Below, in pieces: positions 1 through 14,500 of a stretch of 48,016 nt of DNA. The notes under the pieces were generated by a model. It saw only the letters and a list, made by a program, of their open reading frames with translations, did not search any database and was not told the origin of the DNA. Position 1 is the stretch's first letter, and the number at the start of each line of letters is the position of its first letter. The position numbers and the translations under genes are program-made. The DNA is taken from the NCBI GenBank assembly GCA_018398765.1, contig JAHBMJ010000462.1:1-48016 (forward strand), read 5' to 3'. The stretch comes from Chromera velia. Lineage: Eukaryota.

Positions 1-57
<57 letters not shown>

Positions 58-97
58 ATGTGAATGTGTATGTGTATATGAATATGTGAATGTGTGT

Positions 98-137
<40 letters not shown>

Positions 138-307
138 ATGTGTGTATGTGTATGTTTATATATATATATATGCACATACATGCGTGTGTGTGCGTGCCTG
201 TGTTACAGTGTGTGTAAGAGTATGTGAGAGTGTGTGTGAGTGTGTGTGTGAGAGAGAGAGAGAGGGAAAGAGGGAGAGAGGGAGAAAGTGTATATATGAG
301 TGTGAGT

Positions 308-403
<96 letters not shown>

Positions 404-544
404 ATGTATGTATGTGTGTGTGTGTGTGTGTATGTGTGTGTGTGTGTGTGTTTGCATGTTTGTATATGTATGTGTATGTGTGTGTATGAATGTGTGTGTG
501 TGTGTGTATGTGTGTGTGTGTGTGTGAATATGTCTGTATGTATA

Positions 545-580
<36 letters not shown>

Positions 581-718
581 TACATGTGTGTGTGTGCGTG
601 CCTGTGTTACAGTGTGTGTAAGAGTATGTGAGAGTGTGTGTGAGTGTGTGTGTGAGAGAGGGAGAGAGGGAAAGAGGGAGAGAGGGAGAAAGTGTATATA
701 TGAGTGTGAGTGTGTGAG

Positions 719-749
<31 letters not shown>

Positions 750-790
750 GTGTGTATGTGTGCGTGTGTGTGTGCATGTGTGTGAGTATA
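1..790. repeat. Compound (TG)n/(TA)n/(TATG)n/(GA)n microsatellite block with a ~170-bp internal duplication
   Basis: Long TG, TA and TATG runs. The block 'gcctgtgttacagtgtgtgtaagagtatgtgagagt...gggagaaagtgtatatatgag' occurs at ~196-300 and again at ~600-704. Confidence 0.95.
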
Positions 791-1308
791 TAAAGGTGTG
801 CATGCAACGCAACACAGTCTTTCCATCCTTTTCTTTCTTATAAGGCTCATCACACTTACCTCTTTCAGAAAGAATGAAGGCGTGTTGTTGCATTCTGTGA
901 GCTAGCTTGTCTGAGTGCGCGTTTATGTGCGTGTACACACGTCTGCAGTGCATGTACTCGTTCTCCTTCTATCTCTCGGTCTCTCCTTCATGCCCAAGGT
1001 TTCTCTGCCGGCTTATAATCCTCCCTTTTCCCCTTTCCCCCCGGCCCGTTCCCCTTGTGTGTGTGTGTATGTGTGTGTCTGCGTGCACTGGCAGATCCAC
1101 ATGCACACAGATCTTTACTGACAGGTTACGTACACTGAAAGCCAATATGAAAATGTTGATCATTGTTTTGGCGGCATTAAAAAATTGTTATCTGAGTCGA
1201 ACAACTTCGTTGTCTAGTTGTTGCGGTATTATGCTGAAACAGTGCCTTCAGCTCACGGCCAATATTATGAGCGTTCTGCTCATGATTTGTATTTAGACAG
1301 TCTAGTAC

Positions 1309-1345
<37 letters not shown>

Positions 1346-2618
1346 ATATTAATAACATCAATTGTGATACTTGTAAAAGCTCTACACTGTGTTTTATATG
1401 TTTTCAATCTTTCTGTTAAAACCTTAAGATTTATTGTAAAGAAAATATTTAAAAGAGTTAAAAACTTAAAATCATACATTCAAATTTAAATATATATATA
1501 GTTATCATAAATCAAATTTTTATATAATTTTCTTACTAGCTACGATTTAAAAAACACTTAATTGCACTCTCAAACCGTTTAAAACTCTTTGTTTTAAGTT
1601 TTTAATCATTGTTTAGTACCTAGAAATACTTGATAGATATAGTAATTTTGGAGACCGTTTTGATGTTGGAGACCGTTTGGGATAGATTTGTCTTTTCTTT
1701 GGTTGCCAATGGCCGCATGTGTCCCTCTGGATCTGTTTGTTTGTTCCTCTGTGAAAGGTTGATCGGTCTGCTCTTTTCTTTTCCCAGTTTTAGCCGTTTG
1801 CTTCTCTGGCTTCTCGCTGTGGCTGTTTTTTCTACTGGCAGCATCGAAACGAACTCTTATTATACGGGGTATATTGTTGAGAGTGTATTTCCTTTACTTT
1901 TGCCTCCATATAGCCGCGTTTGCTCGTCTGACTTTGCCGCATTGGTGCAAGGCCGGCGCCTTGGAGGAGGAAAAAAGACAAAGAGGGGAAAGCGAAGCAG
2001 GAATGAGAGGTAAGAGAGCGAAAGAGAGAGAGATGAAGAAAAAAAGAAAAAGTAAAGTAAACGGCTATGAGTGTATGCATCGGCATGAAGATGCAAGCGT
2101 GCATGTGACCACATGGATACCGTACGGGCCTGACTGTGTTCTGCTCTCTATCGCTCTTTTTATCTAGTATTTCTGACTCGTTCTTTCTTTCTGGGGGTAC
2201 GAAAAGTTAATGGAGAGCTGGGGAAACGTAAGACCTTGCAATGGGAAGCTTGCGGCCGTCGAATGATGGACGCTGCTGTCAGGTAGGGAAGGTGTGCTTT
2301 TGCAGACCCCGGGCAAGCCGACATACTTAAAACAGGCTTTTCGAGGAAAAACTTGGCGAGTTGGCGTTGCCGGCGAGGCAGTGGTGATAGTACCTTTGCG
2401 CACATTAATCTGATTGACTTGCGTCAATGGGAGGAAACTTTTCTGCTTATCAGCTTTGGCATCTGGATATTTTCGACTACCTCCTTAAAGGTATTCTGTT
2501 GATTACATGGGTTTGCATTGCATCTGTATGGTTGATCGTATCCTTTTGCTTGCCTTTTTCCCCTTTCCGCACATGCTCGAATGTGTCTGGCTAATCGCGG
2601 GGACGCGATTTTCTTATC

Positions 2619-3097
2619 TGTGGAGTCCTACCCTGTAGCGCCGCCCTCTGGACCCTCGCATACGCTGTATCTGAATGAGCCCGCATGCCGACGCCAGGCT
2701 CCGCCGCCGCGCTTTGTTTCGTACATGTCGCGCGCGTCGATCAAAGTTGTTGAAGTCGATCGAGTCTGACCTTCATATTCAAGCATACAATATGTTCTAG
2801 AATATGTTATTCGAGCAACGGATAGCATCGTTTGAGTCTGATGTCTGTTTATCATAGATCAGGAGTCTAAGACTCTGAGAGAGAGGAACAGAGAGAAGCA
2901 TCAGTAGAAATTATGTAATAATAGAATAAACCTAGCCGATTAGAATCCCAGATCGCGCTAGAACTTAAACTGATGTAGGGATGAACCTTCTGTAAACTGT
3001 TGCATGACTGAGTGTTGTAGATCTTCCCTAAGGTTCTTGTCCTCGCTTTACCTTCTGTCTAGACGCCATAAGGTGGCCGGACAAGGGGGACAAAGCA
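2619..3097 (+). mobile_element. Solo LTR, family A (479 bp)
   Basis: Starts TGTGGAGTCC and ends CAAAGCA (TG...CA). Aligns over its full length with 6807-7263 and 7287-7765. Flanks tatc/tacc may be a 4-bp TSD with one mismatch. Confidence 0.8.
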
Positions 3098-3957
3098 TAC
3101 CCTACCGCTGGACAGACAGGGGAGGTACCGAGTCAGCTACCTGAGGTCTCTCTGGACAATTTGATCTCGGAGGACTCGGGCTGTTAACATTCTAGTTGCA
3201 CCTGCACGTATGCAAAACAGATCATGGACAAAGTGAAAGACAGCAAGCGGTTCCGGAGCGGAGAGAATAAGAAAGCTGCGCGCGGCTCTGCATTCTGTGA
3301 ATGAGCGCTGCACATTCTGACCTGCAATGGTTGTAGTGATTTTTCCAGTTAAATCTCCGAGGGAACACTCCAAGCAGCGAACGAAGGTACGCATAGTCCG
3401 CTTCTGAAAGGTGTGGAGTGCTCGGTCATGGGAGCATCATCTGCTGGGCTGCGACTGACAAACGTGCAAACACACGGCGGGGGTGAGGACATTTGGAAGA
3501 AGAAGAGGACTCTGAGGGCGTCCTTGTTTTCTCTTGGCAGGGGATGAAATATCGTTAGAGGGATGGATCTGTTGGCACGCTGCACTTGTTGGCGCAGGGA
3601 AGTGGCAGCTCTCTGCTTCTGCTTCCAAATCATCTCTGCAGTGTGGTAGCCTCTGCGAGTCATGCTGAATGACCGGACTGGGTATACAGCCCTTTCCTCC
3701 CTTTCAGCAGTTTCAAGGCTCTTGCAAAGATCTGCCAGATTGGCTTTCTTCTTCTGTGCTTCTGCCCAGAAGTTGGTTTTTCATGTCCTCTCCCTTTCTC
3801 TTTCTTCTCGCAACTCCCTCTTCAAATAAGCACCCATCTGGGTTTCTACAAACGCGTCAACCCACTGCAAGGTCGAACCTGGGTTGTTGAGGGAAAATAA
3901 GCCTGCCCGGAGACGGTCTTCTGTGCCCCCACCCTCGAAGCTCACTCTCCCAATGTA

Positions 3958-6211
3958 CTAATCCACATCAAAGATCGCCTCCTCCGCCTCCCGCGACCTC
4001 ACACTCAGCCTCCACAAGTCACACCTGTCGAGGGGAGAATAAATCCTGAGCCCCCTCAGTCGTCGATCGCCTTGTAGATGCATGTGAGCAATACAGCAGG
4101 CGGCCCAGTGTACAAGCGTCTCCATGGAGCGAAGCGTGGAGTATGGGAGGGCCTTTGCTGTTTTTGTGACTTCCGCATCAAATGAGGACACGAAAGTCTC
4201 CAGAGTCTCTGTGTATCTCTTCACCAGCCCATCAAGACCCTCCATTCCTCTCTTTATATCTCCAAAAGCGTCAATCAAAACTGAATGAAACTTGTGTGTG
4301 TTGACCATGTCAAAAACCCACCCAAAGAATATACCAGACGTCTCCACTCTCCTCATTTCTTTGACGGTGTCCTTCAGCCATCCGAACACATGTTTCTCAA
4401 TGGACCTCAGACGAAGGAGCAACCCAGCAGAGTCAACGTTCCCCCCCGGCCCCATGGCAATACATTCAGAGACTCCCAACTAAAGCCTGTAGTTGTGATC
4501 TGCCATATTGCTCATCGCCTCCCTACGCCTTTCATCGAGAGTTCCGGCCGAGGCGGCACTCTCGATTCTTTTCTGAGGGAGAGATGAGACGTCGACGATC
4601 AGATTTCCATGGGGAAAGTTCTCTGCCTCTCTCTTGAGTACTTTTAGAGACAGAAACAACTCTCCGCACCTCTCTCGCCAAAAAGAGGCCCGAGCCTGAG
4701 TGAGCCGAGCTCTGACAGTCTTCACAGACTTCAGGGTCACACAAACGGCCATTCCGCTGCTCAGTGTATTTGCACGACGCGCTGCGCTCTGAGCAACTGC
4801 CATGGCCTCATTGAAGAATTTCACATTGGCGGGGTGTTCAGCATCGAGTCTGCTCAGCTGCATTCAGCATCTGAAGACACAAGAGAATTAAGAGACCAGG
4901 AAGGGCATAAATGGAACATAGGAGGAAAATAATGCAGGAGGCATGTTGAGTTGGCCTACTGAATGGAGAGAAAACCAGAGAAGCGAAAGGTCTGAGGGGA
5001 AGCGACGGGGGAAGAGTCGTAGAAAAGACCATCGATGTGCAAGAAAGGAAGCGGGAAGTGTTAGACAATAGAAGTGGATGACAATTCATCCATGGGCAAG
5101 TAAACTTCAATGGTAAAATTTAATGGACATGCAACAGAAGTCACGCGACGCTGTTTCAACCGAGCAGACCGGAACTCGTCAGCCTTGGGGAGTCTGGAAA
5201 CAACAACTTTTTGAAGATGGGGCGAAATTTAAACAGTGTCTCTTGATCTCCATCTTGAACGGATGAGTCACATATGTTTTAGATTGTTGACATAAGTGAA
5301 TCTGACTGACCACCGAAGCTATTTGAATCTCCAAGTCGAGGAGGATCCAGAGAAGCCAGGTGCCCTCGTCGGATGCTTCCAACTGTCTCAGCTCCTCCCT
5401 CTGCTCTCCGTCCATCTCCACACTTTCTGTCTCGATCCTTCTGTATGGACCTGCTCTCAGAGGACTGTAAGAAGACACTCAGGAGCTCAAGAAGGAGACA
5501 GCAGAAGAGAGGCCACTGGTGCTGTTTGAGTATCGACGGAGAGTCTGCCTCCACACTGGGGGCTTTTCTCTTCATACTGAGATGGAACAGAGGGAGCAGT
5601 CTCTCGGAAAAAATGGGATCGTCTTGCCTCAATTCCCACTCGGGTGGCACAGTCACGGCTGCATGCAGTGCTGCTGCAAAAATGTGGGGGCCGTGGTGCT
5701 GTGCTTCCTTATTTTTCCGCCTGTTGTCGTTGTCCATTTCTATCAGTTTTCGAGCAATATAGGCTATCTGTGCCACCCGATCACACGAAACCTTTCCGTA
5801 CTTGTGCACCTAACGCTTTGGGGGCCTCTCTGGCCTGTCTTACACTGGAGAAACGGTCCCATCAAATGCGGACGCGTCCAGCCCAACCACACGCAAACGA
5901 ACTCTTCCTCCCGTCTCCGCCTCACACATTAGGGAAGAGCCGTGTGAGTCCTCCCAAAAGACGCCAAGCTTTCTATCAGAAAATTTAATCTTTCCATCAT
6001 GATTGCTGATCGCCCAGAGAACGTGAGAGTGACAGAAAGCAAAGAAACCTGACAGCTCAGGTGCGAGGAGAGGAAAGTTTGACGACTTCTCCGCAAAGCG
6101 TAGCCAGCCAAGACACTTTTCCAAACCTTGTGCGTGCGGGTAACCGTTCGCGACTTCCGCTTCATCTGCTATTGGATCAGCTTTGGGGGTCTGAACGGCG
6201 GCTTGACGCAA
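3958..6211 (-). pseudogene. Degenerate hypothetical coding region with no recognisable domain
   Basis: ORFs 4480-4863 and 3958-4479 share one frame, separated only by a TAG at 4480-4482. Further protein-like ORF pieces lie at 5179-5478, 5279-5809 and 5840-6211. The gene structure is unresolved. Confidence 0.35.
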
Positions 6212-6806
6212 AAATTCGGTCTAGTGCCACATCAAAAAATGGAGACCATGCAGGCAACCACTGTACATTTGATGAGTGGCGTAACGAGGCTCATAGACGG
6301 AAGAAGACAGAAGATCGGAAAGAAAACTCGCTCAGAAACCCTCTCTGCTCCCTCTTGCTGTGATCTTCACCCCCGAATCCTCTTTAGCGATACCAAACCT
6401 TCGTTATGCATTTATTATACTGCTTCGATGTATTGTGCTTCGACGATCTTCGATTCATTGAAGGCCGGCTGGCGATGTTTGAGGGCGCCGTACTGTCATG
6501 CCGTCGTCTTTCTGAGTTAAGCAAGTGCATGCATGCGCGCGCATTGTGCCGCCCCCCTCTTTAGTCATCTGCATGCGATCGGCATAGAGCCTTCAGGGAG
6601 CTGTAAGCTGCAAACAATGGAGGTTTCAACATGAACAACTGCATCTTGTGTCTGTACTCTGTAGATGTCAAATTCGACGGATACTGTTTGTATAATATAT
6701 ATTTTAATACAGCGCTGTGTAGTGCTGTGATACTGCTGCCATCGGCCGCCATCACGAATCAAAGTCAATTGCTAACCGATGTTTAAAAGAAAAAAATGTT
6801 AACCGA

Positions 6807-7765
6807 TATGGAGTCCTACCCTGTGGTGCCACCCTCTGGACCCTCGCATACACTATATCTGAATGAGCCTGCATGCCGACGCCAGGCTCCGCCGCTACAC
6901 TTTGCTTCGTACGTATCGCGCACGTCGATCAAAGTTGTTGAAGTCAAGTCTGACTTTCGTATTCAAGCAATATATCACTCAAGCAATGGATAACATCGTT
7001 TGAGTCTGATGTCTGTTTGTCATAGATCAGGAGTCTGAGACTCTCAGAGAGAAGAACAGAGAGAAGCATAAGTGGAAATTATGCAATGATAGAATAAACC
7101 CAGCTGATTGGAATCCCAGATCACTCTAGAGCTAAACCTTCTGTAAACTGTTCCCTGAATGAGTGTTGCTCACGTTCCTTCTCTAGAATTTCCCTAAGGT
7201 TCTTGTCCTTGCTTTACCTTCTGTCTGGACGCCATAAGGTGGCCGGACAGAGGGGACAAAGCATTGTGGTAACACTAGGGGGGATCTGTGGAGTCTTACC
7301 CTGTGGCGCCGCCCTCTGAACCCTCGCATGCGCTATATCTGAATGAGCCCGCGTGCCGATGCCAGGCTCCGCCGCCACGCTTTGCTTCGTACGTATCACA
7401 CGCGTCGATCAAAGTTGTTGAAGTCGATCGAGTCTGACCTTCGTATTCAAGCAACATGTTACTCGAGCAACGGATAGCATCATTTAAAACTAATGTCTGT
7501 TTGTCATAGACCAGGAGTCTGAAACTCTGAGAGAGAGGAACAGACTCTGAGAGAAGTATAAGTAGAAATTGTACAATGATAGAATGAACCCAGCTGATTG
7601 GAATCCCAGATTGCTCTAGAGCTAAACCTTCTGTAAACTGTTACCTGAATGAGTGTTGCTCATGTTCCTTCCTAGGTTCCTTCTCTAGAATTTCCCTAAG
7701 GTTCTTCTCCTTGCTTTACCTTCTGTCTGAACGTCATAAGGTGGCCGGACAGGGGGGATAAAGCA
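6807..7765 (+). mobile_element. TRIM-like miniature LTR element: LTR 6807-7263, 23-bp interior, LTR 7287-7765 (family A)
   Basis: Two direct ~460-480 bp repeats ending AAAGCA. The interior TTGTGGTAACACTAGGGGGGATC holds a TGG-initiated PBS-like sequence and a purine tract AGGGGGGA just before the 3' LTR. Flanks ccga/ccaa may be a 4-bp TSD with one mismatch. Confidence 0.75.
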
Positions 7766-8393
7766 CCAAGTTAGACATCGTTGTCAACATACAACAACCC
7801 TAGATAATACATAATAGTTTTTTTTAGTTTTTTTTTTCTAATATGAGTTTATCATTCCCCTTCCCCCCCCACTAGTGCCCGGTCCACCACCACCAATTAC
7901 TATCACTCTAGCAGCAATATATAAGTGTGAAAATAAATAAAAAATTGAAGTCTTATAAATTCAAATATTTTTTTCTAGATTTTTTTTTTTTATTTTTTTT
8001 TTATAAGACTTAATAAGACTATCTATAAAACATGAGGTGAAACATTAATAAACGTGAAGCAATATAGCCTAGCAACAACCGTAAGTTAGACATTTAGATA
8101 ATAACTAGCTACATGCGATATAGATAATCGTATTTATAGCTGCTGTTGATGGGCCGGGTGCATGGACTTTGTAGGACTTTAGCCCGACCCGCTTACCCTT
8201 ATACTACCTTAGCCAGTATGAGATTCATACATAGGAAATCCATCATCAGAACTTTCACATTATGACTAGATTTGTTATCTCTTTAAATAGATTCCGCTAC
8301 GGATTCTTCGCTCTAGCCTTTGCTTTAAAGTTCTGTTACGTTGAAGTTCAAGTTTGTACCACCAGCAAAGTACGTTTGAAAATGCTCTTTTCA

Positions 8394-11300
8394 CTACCTT
8401 TTGAATGCGAATCGCGGGGCCTTTAAAGCAGCTCCCGGCTTCCTGTACCGGAAGAGACTCCTCTGTGTCACGCTGTTCTCGGCAGCCTCTTGACAGAGCA
8501 TTGAGTGCTTCCGAGTTCCCAGCTCGAAGCCCAACACAAGCGATTGCTTGGCTGCCTCCTGTATCTCGGGAGGAACCTGGGGACGGGCCGGGGCCTCTGG
8601 TATGGGGTCTTTCTGTTCATTGGGTACTACTGGAGTGCGCTTTTCTTTTTCGCTTTGGGGGGACGCATATTGCTGGTGTCCTCCATTCTCCGCTGGAACC
8701 TTACCCGAGTCTCTTGAGGAATCGTCTGTTGGTTGTAAGTTCTTGAAAGAGGGGAAAGCGGCAGATTGAAGAGGGCCTCGTTGGGCGGGTGAGTTTGAAG
8801 CATCCTCGTGGGTCTGTTGAACACTGCGTTGGCTGTTCTCTCTACTTGCACTCCCACTTGCTCCATCTGTATTCCCACTCTCTTCCGCTTGCCGTTCCGA
8901 TTTTTGATTCTCTTCCTCTCCCTCTGTATTTGTATTGGCATCCCCGTTGGTTCCCTCAGGCAGAGCCTCTTGAGCGTCTGCTGCTGATGGATATGTCCTC
9001 TCCGAAGAACGTCCTGTCCCCTCTTCGTTCTCATGTCCCTCTACCGTGCCGTCATCCCCTTTCCCTTCTTCCATCAGCATTCGATCCGAACCCCTTTCTT
9101 TGTCTTCTCCCCCCCTTTCCCTTTCTGTCTCATCTCCTCCGTCACCGTCAATCTTCCCTTCTCCCCCCCCAGCTTCCGAACTTTCCCCCCCACGCCCCGG
9201 GTCTGCATGATCTTCCCCTCTAGACTGAACACCTCCAGCAGCGCTATACACAGTCGAGGGGGCTCCCCCAAAAGCGGGGGTGGGGAGGGGCCGGGTACCC
9301 GGGGCTGAATCGTTAGGGTCCCCCGAGCGCAGTTGTGCGCACAGACGCTCATGTATCGATTGGAGGGGCTGCGTGTCTCGGAACTGCTCTACCCCTCCGT
9401 TCAAATTCGGGGGCACCCTTGACGTCCCCTCCACACTCCCAGCTTGCTGCTGTGCGTGTGCCCCCTCCGGGCCCTGCCTGGTGGTCGTGGCGGCGCTTCC
9501 AAATCCTTTCGGGGAAGGGGGCAACACTGATGGATTTGCCAGTTCGGGAGGGAAAAGAAGAGACGGGACGTTGGAAGGGCCAGGGGAGGGCCCAAGAGGG
9601 GAGTTGACTCTCTTGTGGAGAGACTGGGAAAACCCCGGTTGCCTCACACGACAACTCGCCACTTTCCCAGCATCTGCGGAGGGATCAGCGGAGGATGATG
9701 ATGTGTTGACGCACATTCGGATAGGTGAGCCCAGCCGTCCCTTTGCCGTTCTTGACGTCAGGGAATCTTCAAAAGACTGGACAGCAGAGGCTGCCTGAGA
9801 CTGTAAATTCTCCCGCAGAAGGGGAACCGTGTCTGCCCACACGCGGGGGAAAGCAGCGTTCCCCCCCCTGCCGTCTGTGTTGTCCAGCGAGACTCTCGGG
9901 ATACGAATCTCTGGTGTGTCTGCAACTCGAAATTGAGCCAACAGATTGCGATCATTGGACGTTGGGGGAAATAGAACGTTGTGGAGGTTTTCGTCTTTAA
10001 AGATCGCTGCATGTATCTGTTTCTGCTTTTCGAGAATGGACGTGAGGAAGGGGGGCGCTCCTCTCCTCCGACTCTGTCTGTAAACGTCCCGAAGAGCGAC
10101 TGCAGGGGGGAAGTCTGGTTGTATCTCCAACATCTGGTCGACGTTCTCGAGGGCCCGGGTCGGTACACCTCCGTGGAGAGCGCAGAGGGCCCGGCCGTGG
10201 AGGGCCCGGAGTCGAAGCGACACGAAGGCAGGAGGAAGGGGGGAGGGTAAGGCTGCCAGGGCACGGGAAAACTCAGCCTGCAGATACACACATTGGCAGG
10301 GTTGAAGGTGGATTCACAGGCCTGTCTCACTCATTGACCTGATCCATAAGTCTTACCCACCTTCTGTGTTACCCCTTGTCTAGCCATCCAAATCGCCTAA
10401 TTCATCCACGTCTCGTTCTCCGTTGAGGGTTATGGGTACAATAAGTTTGTTTTTGCTTGCTTGTGAGTACGTACCTACCTACCTCTGCCTCAAGATAAGC
10501 CCCAGCCTCGTTGAAGTGTTGTTCTGCCCGTTTGCATCTGACTTCGGCAATTTTCTTGGCAAGCTCGAGTTTATGCGTGGCCTTCTCTGCCTCTCCCACA
10601 GGTCCCAGGGTCTCCCCGTCCTCCAGCAGGGTCCTCGCACGGGTGTCGGCAGAGTTCGGGGGAGGGACACCGGACAGTCGAGCGAAGACCTCCCAGCCCC
10701 CCGTCTGCTGGTGCGTCTGGCCTGTTGTGTTTGTCTTGACGGTACTGCCCAGAGACGCCACTGCCGTCTCTGCCCCCTGCAGCGCCATCGAAGCCGAGGC
10801 CTCCTGGGCGTACGCAGTCCCGTAGAAGATCGGTTGGTAGGCCTCCAAAGCTTCCTGTTTGACTTCCCGTTGGAGGAACTGCAGGGAGGGAGGGGGAGAA
10901 AGGAAGGAGATGTCAAACGGTGTAAGATCATTCTCGGTGCTCATAGTGAGGCAAGCGGGAAGTGGGGGGGGCGAAAAACATCTGAGCGATCAGTTCGCCA
11001 GAGAAAAATGCCGGAGCGAAAAACGTCCGAGAAAGGACAAACAGAGTTTTCCCAGAACAAAATGAATTCTGATTCAAAACAAAAAGATAGAAGGACAGAA
11101 GGGCGCTGTCCTGGCAGCAAGGAGGCCACATTGAACGAGAAGAACACATCTGATGCCTGCTTTATCAAAGGAGCAGATTGCAAAGAAAAGAAGACGCAGA
11201 GAAGACGAGAAGAGAAGCAGAAAAATTTAATCTCTTGAAAAACTAACTTTCCTCCACTCTTTCTGTATCCCTTCCATCCCCCTCTCTGTCTATATAGATG

Positions 11301-11549
11301 TCTGTGCCCACACAATACAAAACTAATTCACGCACTTGCAGATCGGCGATGGCCAATTCCAGGTCTGCAGGCCCTCCCATTGACGCTGCACAGTCTGCCC
11401 GCAAGTGTCTGCACACACACACATACACACACGCACATACACATACACACACACATACACACACACATACACACACATACACACACACACACACACGCAC
11501 ACAAACACACGCACACACGCACACACGCACACACACACACAGATCCACA

Positions 11550-11598
<49 letters not shown>

Positions 11599-14500
11599 TG
11601 TGTGTCTTTCACACACACACATGCACACCCTCACACCCTTTTCGTCTCCAAACAAGAAAGTATGCAGAGAAAAAGGTACGTGCAGAAATACATTCACCCA
11701 TCCATCCATCCACCCACCCACCGATTCGACGAAGCCGAAATGCCAGACATGTTGCTGACCAACCTAGTGTCGACCAAGCGGTCCCCACAGCCTCAGGCTA
11801 ACAGACCGAGAAGCGATTCGAAAAAGAGACAACCGGCCAAAAAGACGTGCAGGCAGACAAACCGACCGGGCGCCTTCATTGTGAGCGTCAAAGACGAGTG
11901 CCTCGTTGCAGAGCGCGAGGGACTCTGTATACAGCCCCTGCATGCATTCTTTCCCACATTCATCCATTCATACATTGATTTTCTCTAGGAAATCTGTATA
12001 ACGAATTCTGTATGAAAATCAATACACCCCCTGCATTCAATCCCATATTCATCCATTCATAAATGCAGAATTCTCTCTCAGTTGGCTTCCTGTCGACCCC
12101 AGTGTAATTAATTTCAATGCCGTCTTTGGGACATCAGGTCTAATTGTGTGCTTTCGAGAAGTGCAAATTCAGTTTCAGGATGAGGCAAGCAGATAAGAAC
12201 GACGCATGCAAGATGTTTGACCTGGGAGAGAAGCGTGGAGGCCATCAACGCGTACACCCGTGAGGCTTGTTGGGCCATCAGAATTCTGCAGTCATCAAGC
12301 AAGCGTGCTTCAGCATCCGAACTGTGTGCCTCGTCTTTTCGTGATTCTGCAAGACTGGCACACGACGTCTGAAAAAGCAAAGAGCTCCTCATTCATTTCC
12401 CCCTTCATCACACATTCCTCTTCTATGTCCCATCATGCGCAGATGTGCCGAGCACTTCAACCTGTGCGATCCGTATACTGCTACTTTCTTGCGAAAAAAG
12501 GGGGAGAAGAAGAAAAAAGAAGAGACACAACCATCCATCTACGTCTCTGACTGATCTGAAGATGAGGGAATACAGAGTCACTTGCAAGGGCCTGACGAAG
12601 ACTTCTTCACACACCTGCTTTGTGGAGTTGCCTCAGTGGACGCAGCACATTCCTGAATGTCATCCAGGGCCGCTTTGAAGTTTCCCTGCAAATAGATGAA
12701 CACCAACGACAGCTCTCCCCTCTTCCCATCCGATGCCTTCATTACCTCACTCACAGACAGAAAGACGTTCGGAGGACACTGAAAAAGAGAGATGAAGCAC
12801 CATCAGTCCGGACAGAGAGAGAGAAACAGCTAAAAGAGGGAAAGACAGCTGTGAGTACTGAAACCTTCTGAGCATTTTTCCCTTCCTTGTCAGACGACAA
12901 GATGGATCAGACAATCAGGAGACGGTGTTTCCAAAAGAACGTCCGATCCGACAAACTCACTCACTGACTTGACGTCTATGCACTACAGATCGCAGCAACA
13001 GAGCAGGAGCAAAGGAGGGCGAGAGGGACAAGGCGAGCTCGAGAATCTGCGGGCAGCAAACAGAAAGAGAAATTCCCCAAACAGCTTTACAATCTGGTCA
13101 GCTGAAGGCAAGCGGTATTCTTCTAGGCAATACCCTCACACTCTCCCCTTTCGTGCCTGCTTTTACCTCTCTTCGCATCCGAACAGGTTAGTCGCACATT
13201 CAAGAAGTCCGCCACTCAACGATACCCTCGCTTTTGATCAGACTAAGGGACCGTCCCTCGACTGACTGCAGGGTTGTACAACAAACCACTGGTAGACCTT
13301 CGTAGCATGGTCACTTCTTCAGTGATCAACACAAACCTTCATGCTGCTCTTTCTTTTTAAAAATGAAGTGTCTGCATCCTGCTGACCGACTGACCTTCAG
13401 AGCTCCATGGTCCCTCCCCCTGATGACCTCTCCCCTTGCGTCCTCCACCAACTCGACGGCTTTGGCCTGCAGCCCTGCGAGGAACTTCTGTGCGTGTGGG
13501 GAGAGGGGATTCAGTCTGAATGCCCTCCACATCAGTCGCACAGCATCAGGCAGGTGCGACCTGTACATGCCCAGCTGGGGGGGGGCAAAGCAGTCTCCTG
13601 ATTCTCCTGTGCCCACACGTGCACCTCCAGAAGCGGACGGGGGGAAAGACCCGCTTCCTCCCCCGAAGACACCACCATCGGGAGAGGCTGCTAACTGGCC
13701 GTATGAGGTTATCTGACCGTCCCCTGTGAGACCTGCCCAGTCGAGGCCTGCAGCCTTCCACCTCTGCGACACGCCCTCATTCACAGAGGAGGGAGAACTT
13801 CTCCTGCCCCCCTTCGGACCCCCTGCCTTCAGGACGGCATGTAGTTGGGCTCTGCTACCAAGACCGCTCGCACTTGCAGATCCGAGGGCAAGCAAGAGAG
13901 CGGCTTTCAAGAGAAAGGCATCGGGTAAAGAGCCGTCTAGTTCGAGGGCCTTCGAGAGCGACTCTTTGGCAGAGTCTACACACGACTGGAAGACCACAGG
14001 ACGGTGACAAGGGGCCCCGACGCCAGTCATACTCGGCTGCCCCCCTCTCAAACTTCCGATGCTCAAAGACGCCGGGGGAAAGTCCTTGCTGGCCATTTGA
14101 GAATTACTCTCCTCGTTCGCCTGAACGGACACAACTGGGTTTTGCTGCCCCGTGCCATCCCTCTCTGGGGTGTTCGAGACGAACCCCTCGTCTGCAAAGC
14201 GGTCGTCGTTTGTGACCTGTGCGCCTGCCAGGAGCACCTCCCAGACGTCACACATGCCTTTGAGGAAGAGAAGCTTCCCCTTGTACTTTTCCTCGACTGC
14301 CTGGGCCTGGGCCTGGGTCTGGCTGGGGGCTGAGAGTGAGGAGTGGAGACGGTAGTTGAGGGAAATGCGGGGGAGGGCACACGAATCCGGCATTGACGCA
14401 CGCACAGCGCTGCTGGCTGCAGATGCCTGCGCCCTGTCGATGAGGCGAATGGCCCGAACGAACTTGAGGTCAGCCAGTCTCTCTCTGACGTCGGGGAGAG

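Noticed and set aside
142..953. ORFs rich in CV/HT repeats (also at 11243-11988 and 24499-25354)
   Set aside because: These are translations of microsatellites.
2619..7765. One large LTR element spanning 2619-7765 with a captured gene
   Set aside because: No PBS follows the first LTR and the outer flanks (tatc/ccaa) do not match. A solo LTR plus a separate mini-element each have their own near-matching 4-bp flanks.
7870..8195. Possible degenerate inverted repeats (tgcccggtccacc / gatgggccgggtg) around an AT-rich stretch
   Set aside because: Too many mismatches and no TSD found. Probably an old repeat relic, but not supportable.
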